This document shows, one piece after another, positions 53,769-58,033 of a DNA stretch of 58,033 bases. The notes below the pieces were generated by a model. It had not been told where the DNA came from. It did not search any database and saw nothing but the letters and a program-made list of their open reading frames with translations. The DNA is from a virus (Duplodnaviria; Caudoviricetes), in IMG/VR virus record IMGVR_UViG_3300037478_000518, positions 1-58,033 of that record; one strand, written 5' to 3'. How positions within the stretch are numbered: the stretch's first letter is position 1; each line of letters starts with the position of its first letter. The translations under genes were made by a program, and so were the position numbers.

Positions 53769-55787
53769 TTACGATGCCGCCGGGACGCCCCATGTGACGC
53801 TGTTCAGGACGGCCACGGCCTGCGTGCGACGCTTGGACCAGTTGATGTACCTGTGTGCCCGCAGTGCGACGGAGTCGGTCTGGTACATTGAGACCACCGT
53901 TGTTTCCGTCGGCGTGGAGCTGTCGTGCGACGGATCGCTTGCCATCTCGATCGACGCATCACGCGATGAATCGATCGTGACCACGCCGTCATCGGACAGC
54001 CATATTTCCGACGCGAAGACCAGGATCACGGTCGCGGCCGGGACATAGTTCGACGTGATGACCGGCACGCCGCCGAGCGTTCCGCCGTTCATGTTGAGAC
54101 CGGGGAACTCCGGCTGGCCGAGCGCGTTGGTCATGAGGCCGGTTGCCATTGCCAGGCCGGGCGGCATCAGGTAGACGGCGCCAGTCGTCGGCAGATTCGC
54201 CGCGAGTGCCGTTGCCCAGAGTGCAGCGATGTCGGCACGGACCGCGTCGCCGTCGTTGCCGGTAGAGCCGATGGCGACAACGGCATTCGTGATCGAGGCC
54301 GGGCTGACATTGGCGACCGCCGCGACTGCGGGATCCACGAAGTCGGTGTCCATTCGCTCGATCAGGACCTCGGCCAGGCTGTCACGCACCAACGCTTCCG
54401 CACTGGGGTTGCTGAACCGTATCAGTTCCTCGGCCAGCGCCGTGAGGACCGCAACCTTCGCGAACCCGTGGTACGTGTCGTTGTAACCGAACTTCGTCAC
54501 CGGCTTGGCCTTGCCCTGGCCGACCCAGTAACCGGTCCCGCCGACCGTCTGGCCGCGAATGTGGACGTTGAAGGGGATGCGGCGGACATCGGGAATGCCA
54601 TCGCGACCGAAGCGACCGATGATCGTTCGGGCACGAAGGAACTCGACGAAGTCGCCCGCGAACTGGTTGTATTCGACGAGAGGAAGCGCCCATGTCGCGT
54701 CGGTTGTCGTTCCCGCCGCAACAGCCGCTTTCATCTCCATCATGCCAGTGATCAACCTGTTCTGTCTCTGGCCGACACTGGCCGCCGCTTTCAGCACGCG
54801 AATGGCGCGCTCCTGCTTCGGATAGTGGGCCTGTGCCAGCGCGAGGGCTTGGGGCACATCGAAGTTCGCCCCCAAGAGGCACATCGCGTACCGAGCGAAC
54901 TCGATGCCCGGCTCCAGCTTCTCTTCCAGCGCGACGCGGACTTCACGGCCACGGCTTTCGCTTCCGGCCTTGCCGTTCGGCGCCGGGTCGACGGGCTTCG
55001 CCTTCTCGATGTTGAGCCTTTCCATGTCCTTCAGATCGACCAGTTCCTCGTCTATCGTCTTGATCTCATCGCGCAGCGTGTCGAACTCTTCCTTCTCGGA
55101 TTCGTCCTTGCTGCGGTTGCCGTCGTCGCCCGCTTTCTTCGTGATCTCTTCCATGCGTGCGACGTGCGCCGCGCGCTTGGCTTCGTACGCGCCAATGCGT
55201 TCCGTGATTGTCATTTTTGCTCCCGGCTTGATAGCCTTGGTTGACCCCGAGTCGCCGGGAGATTTGAAACGAACAAGCCGCCTGCCTGTCGCGGCGCGGG
55301 ATTGTTCGTCGAATTGCTTGATGGTGGTGATCGTGGCGTCCGCGTTCGCGGGAATTGTGACGGCGGAAAGCTCCAGCATTTCCCATTTCAGAAAATGAAC
55401 TCCGAACGAGCCCTTGATTGACTCGGATTCCAGGTCATTGAATCCAATCGACAGGCCTCGAACCAGCCGCTTCTTGATGCTCTTCCACACGAAGTCGAGA
55501 ATGTCCTTCAGGTGGCCGGGCTCGTCGTCGCGCTCGATCTGGATGCGGACGGGAATGCCCTTGGCGTTCGGCTTGGCCCACACGACGTTGCCAACAGCGG
55601 TATCTCCGACGAAGGCATCTTTCCCGTGCTGCCACTTGAAAGGGACCGGAAGGTCAATGACCGCACCCATCGGCTCGACGATGTCTTCCATGCGATCAGT
55701 GCGCGGTGTCGACGCAATGCCCTCGATGATGCGTTTCTCTTCATCGATTGCCTTGAACTCGATAACGCTCCATGCGCGGTTCATCAC
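53769..55787 (-). CDS. Prohead protease-major capsid fusion (HK97 fold)
   Basis: GIAST..DR..D, WQH, GLSIGF, ELSAVTIPAN; coiled-coil delta domain; WVGQG..KP, S.YQ.D.VALRA. Confidence 0.95.
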   Translation of the reverse strand: MMNRAWSVIEFKAIDEEKRIIEGIASTPRTDRMEDIVEPMGAVIDLPVPFKWQHGKDAFVGDTAVGNVVWAKPNAKGIPVRIQIERDDEPGHLKDILDFVWKSIKKRLVRGLSIGFNDLESESIKGSFGVHFLKWEMLELSAVTIPANADATITTIKQFDEQSRAATGRRLVRFKSPGDSGSTKAIKPGAKMTITERIGAYEAKRAAHVARMEEITKKAGDDGNRSKDESEKEEFDTLRDEIKTIDEELVDLKDMERLNIEKAKPVDPAPNGKAGSESRGREVRVALEEKLEPGIEFARYAMCLLGANFDVPQALALAQAHYPKQERAIRVLKAAASVGQRQNRLITGMMEMKAAVAAGTTTDATWALPLVEYNQFAGDFVEFLRARTIIGRFGRDGIPDVRRIPFNVHIRGQTVGGTGYWVGQGKAKPVTKFGYNDTYHGFAKVAVLTALAEELIRFSNPSAEALVRDSLAEVLIERMDTDFVDPAVAAVANVSPASITNAVVAIGSTGNDGDAVRADIAALWATALAANLPTTGAVYLMPPGLAMATGLMTNALGQPEFPGLNMNGGTLGGVPVITSNYVPAATVILVFASEIWLSDDGVVTIDSSRDASIEMASDPSHDSSTPTETTVVSMYQTDSVALRAHRYINWSKRRTQAVAVLNSVTWGVPAAS

Positions 55788-57475
55788 GGCGCTCCGATGA
55801 AGTGGATCTCGTATTCAGGGGCCTGCCACTCGCCCGTTGCGATCGCGTCGTTCCGGGCCTCCCATGAGAGCACGGCGGCTTTTACTGCGGAGATTTCGTC
55901 AGGACTGTCGGCGCGCTCTTTGCGGAGCGTCCAGAGCGGGCGGTCCTCGTCATCTACCAGATTGGTATTCTGCTTGTGCGCGTTCGCGATGTGTTTCTCG
56001 AAGAGCGGGTCGCCGGAGTGGGACATTTCCTCGGCTGTGATCGCGCCGGTGAAAGAGCGGACCGCGTATGACATGTGTTTTGGCCGGATGGCAAACCACT
56101 CGTGAACCCTTTCTTTGCCGTAGCGACCAACCCACTCGGCTATCAAGCCTTCCCACGATGGCGGGTCCCCATAGAGCTTACAGACGTGCCACCGCTCAAA
56201 CGCTGCGGTGACAATCAAATCGATTTCTTCGGCGGGGTCCCATTCGCGTTGATTCGACGGCTTCTGCCAGATCCCGAGCGGCCACTGATGGCCTGTTTCC
56301 ACATCGGTCGCGATCAGGGCGGGGGACCCATCGAAGCGGTGACCTTGGAAGCCCAGTGAGATTGCGGCGCCGTCGGCGGGCACGAAGCCGCGCCGGGCCA
56401 ACTTCCGCCACTGCTCCAGATTGAAAGCCCGGCCCGACGACTGCACGAGCTGGTTCAGCCAGACGCGCCTCCAATAGGCTTTGTCGTTGTCCGGCTCGTT
56501 GTACGATTCACTGATGCGGCCGATGTCCGACCATTCCGCCACGTACGGACCGGACGCCTCTATCACGGCTTCGCGGCGCTCCTCTTCGGAGTCGAGGTCC
56601 CACTTGTCGGACGCCTGACGGTGGAAGAAAAAGAGCTTGGCCTGATCCGACCGCCCCTTTTCGAGTACTTCCAGCGCGTACTCCATGGTCTGCTCGGCCA
56701 CGGAACCAGCGCCGGGCTCTGGCGCGGTCGTCGTTTCCAAAGCCCACGGATCCGCGAGCGGCCGCTTCGCCAAATTGTTCAGCATGACCGTCCACGCCTT
56801 CTTCAGCTTCTCCAAGACGAGTCGATGCGTTTCATCGGCGTGCTGAAAAGTCGTCCGGGCACCGTCGCGGGCGTTCGGAGATGCGGACACGGCTTCGGCC
56901 CGACCATCGCCACGAAGGCGCATGATCCGGCTCAGGCCGATGTCGAAATCGGCGCCGGCGGGGACCTGCTCGAGGATTCGCCGGAGAGCGCCGTAGGCCA
57001 GTTCTTCCGTCTGCTCTTCGGTATAGGCGATCATGGGGATGTACGGATCGGTAACCGGGACCGGTACCGGCTGCTGGACGCCACGGACAGACTCCCAGCC
57101 GCCACAGCGGACCGGGCCATCCGGGTGCAGTTCGGCCGCGGCGATCCAGGCGGCGATTTCGGTCTTTGTCGAGCCCTTGCGGAGCGAGAGCGCGCAGCGG
57201 CGGAAGCGACGACGGCCGGCGCGCGGGTTCTTCGATCGGCTGATCACCCGCCCTTTGCGAGACTCCAGGACCGGCGGTTCGACCTCGTACATCCGGTAAA
57301 TCCACGCCTGCAATTCGTCAGAGAGCGAAACCGGCTGGCCCAGCAAATCGCCCGGTCCGTGGCACAACTCGGCCTCGATGAAGTCAACGACGTGCGGGCC
57401 CAGTGTGGGCCATGGCTGGTCGTCGGCAGGCGGGCACATGATGCGCGAAAGGCTCGACTTCGGGGCCGCGATCAT
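55784..57475 (-). CDS. terL: Terminase large subunit
   Basis: RKGSTKTE Walker A, ADETH Walker B, TTA coupling motif, RR.WLNQ. Confidence 0.93.
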   Translation of the reverse strand: MIAAPKSSLSRIMCPPADDQPWPTLGPHVVDFIEAELCHGPGDLLGQPVSLSDELQAWIYRMYEVEPPVLESRKGRVISRSKNPRAGRRRFRRCALSLRKGSTKTEIAAWIAAAELHPDGPVRCGGWESVRGVQQPVPVPVTDPYIPMIAYTEEQTEELAYGALRRILEQVPAGADFDIGLSRIMRLRGDGRAEAVSASPNARDGARTTFQHADETHRLVLEKLKKAWTVMLNNLAKRPLADPWALETTTAPEPGAGSVAEQTMEYALEVLEKGRSDQAKLFFFHRQASDKWDLDSEEERREAVIEASGPYVAEWSDIGRISESYNEPDNDKAYWRRVWLNQLVQSSGRAFNLEQWRKLARRGFVPADGAAISLGFQGHRFDGSPALIATDVETGHQWPLGIWQKPSNQREWDPAEEIDLIVTAAFERWHVCKLYGDPPSWEGLIAEWVGRYGKERVHEWFAIRPKHMSYAVRSFTGAITAEEMSHSGDPLFEKHIANAHKQNTNLVDDEDRPLWTLRKERADSPDEISAVKAAVLSWEARNDAIATGEWQAPEYEIHFIGAP

Positions 57476-57936
57476 GAGACCTTGAGCACCGAGCGAGGAT
57501 CGACTCCGGAGTCGGCCTTTGGCTTCCGGCGATTCTTCGTCCGCTCGGCCGCGCTCTCGCCTTGATCGATCGACCACTGCAGCCGGTACCGGTCGATCGG
57601 CGACAGGCCGAAGCGGACTTCCTGATGCCGGATCTCGGCGGCGGCGGCGATGAGCTGGCTGGGACTTTTGGCTGTCCAGCGGATCTGGTGGAGGTCGGCG
57701 AGTAGGTATAGACCGCCCTTCATGTCGGCTGCGAGGTACTCGGAAGCCATGGGCGATGTCCACACACTGGACCACCACTCCACGACTCGTGGGTGCCAGC
57801 TACCCATTCCCTTTTCCCGCCGCGGCAACGGCGGAACCAGCCCGTTTCGGGAATCCGCCTCGGATGGCAACGTCGCACGGACCGGCGATCGGTTGCGGCG
57901 CTGGCGCATCTCGGGCGGCTTGAGTGGACGGGGCAT
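57472..57936 (-). CDS. terS: Terminase small subunit
   Basis: KPP..RQRRN, WW..VW.SPMA, EIR.QE.RFGLSPIDR.RLQW; ATGA-coupled to terL. Confidence 0.88.
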   Translation of the reverse strand: MPRPLKPPEMRQRRNRSPVRATLPSEADSRNGLVPPLPRREKGMGSWHPRVVEWWSSVWTSPMASEYLAADMKGGLYLLADLHQIRWTAKSPSQLIAAAAEIRHQEVRFGLSPIDRYRLQWSIDQGESAAERTKNRRKPKADSGVDPRSVLKVS

Positions 57937-58033
57937 CAGGATTCCTGCCCCCATCTGGCCCCACCGGGAAATCCCGATATCGGGACCATGGGATTTGGAC
58001 CCACCAAAACGTACGCGGTAAAATCCTCGGCAG

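Noticed and set aside
1-58033. tRNA genes, DGR/retron reverse transcriptase, IS elements
   Set aside because: No cloverleaf, RT (YxDD) or transposase signature was recognised by eye. tRNAscan and Infernal would be needed to exclude RNAs.

Overview
This is a GC-rich temperate siphovirus genome, probably complete or nearly so. The window is opened between an HNH packaging nuclease and terS, where cos is expected, and almost all genes lie on the minus strand. The late region runs terS, terL, fused prohead protease-major capsid, portal, collagen-like protein, neck, tail tube, tape measure, Dit and a split Tal/baseplate set. It is followed by an unusually long membrane-protein/lysis cassette ending in holin(s) and a GH108 endolysin. 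Next come a plus-strand membrane moron, a divergent repressor/RHH switch and many small early genes. The early region also holds a RecE/RecT-like pair, SPFH, Xis/integrase with attP-like arm repeats, a GIY-YIG protein, a Dam methylase, a DnaB-N/AAA helicase with an iteron origin, VRR-NUC and an Ntn protease. A 7-kb cluster encodes about six glycosyltransferase-like enzymes plus a methyltransferase-sulfotransferase fusion. The best candidate for a new system sits inside the lysis cassette. A small cytoplasmic protein ending in N-A-S-W-P-C-P-I-F-C-P is translationally coupled to a 7TM receptor-like protein, then a 1TM coiled-coil protein, then the holin. This suggests peptide-signal control of lysis. 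Other highlights are an Acr/Aca-like operon with a near-consensus promoter and repeated gene leaders, the glycan-modification cluster, and the split Tal. All functional calls come from motifs recognised by eye; no searches were run.
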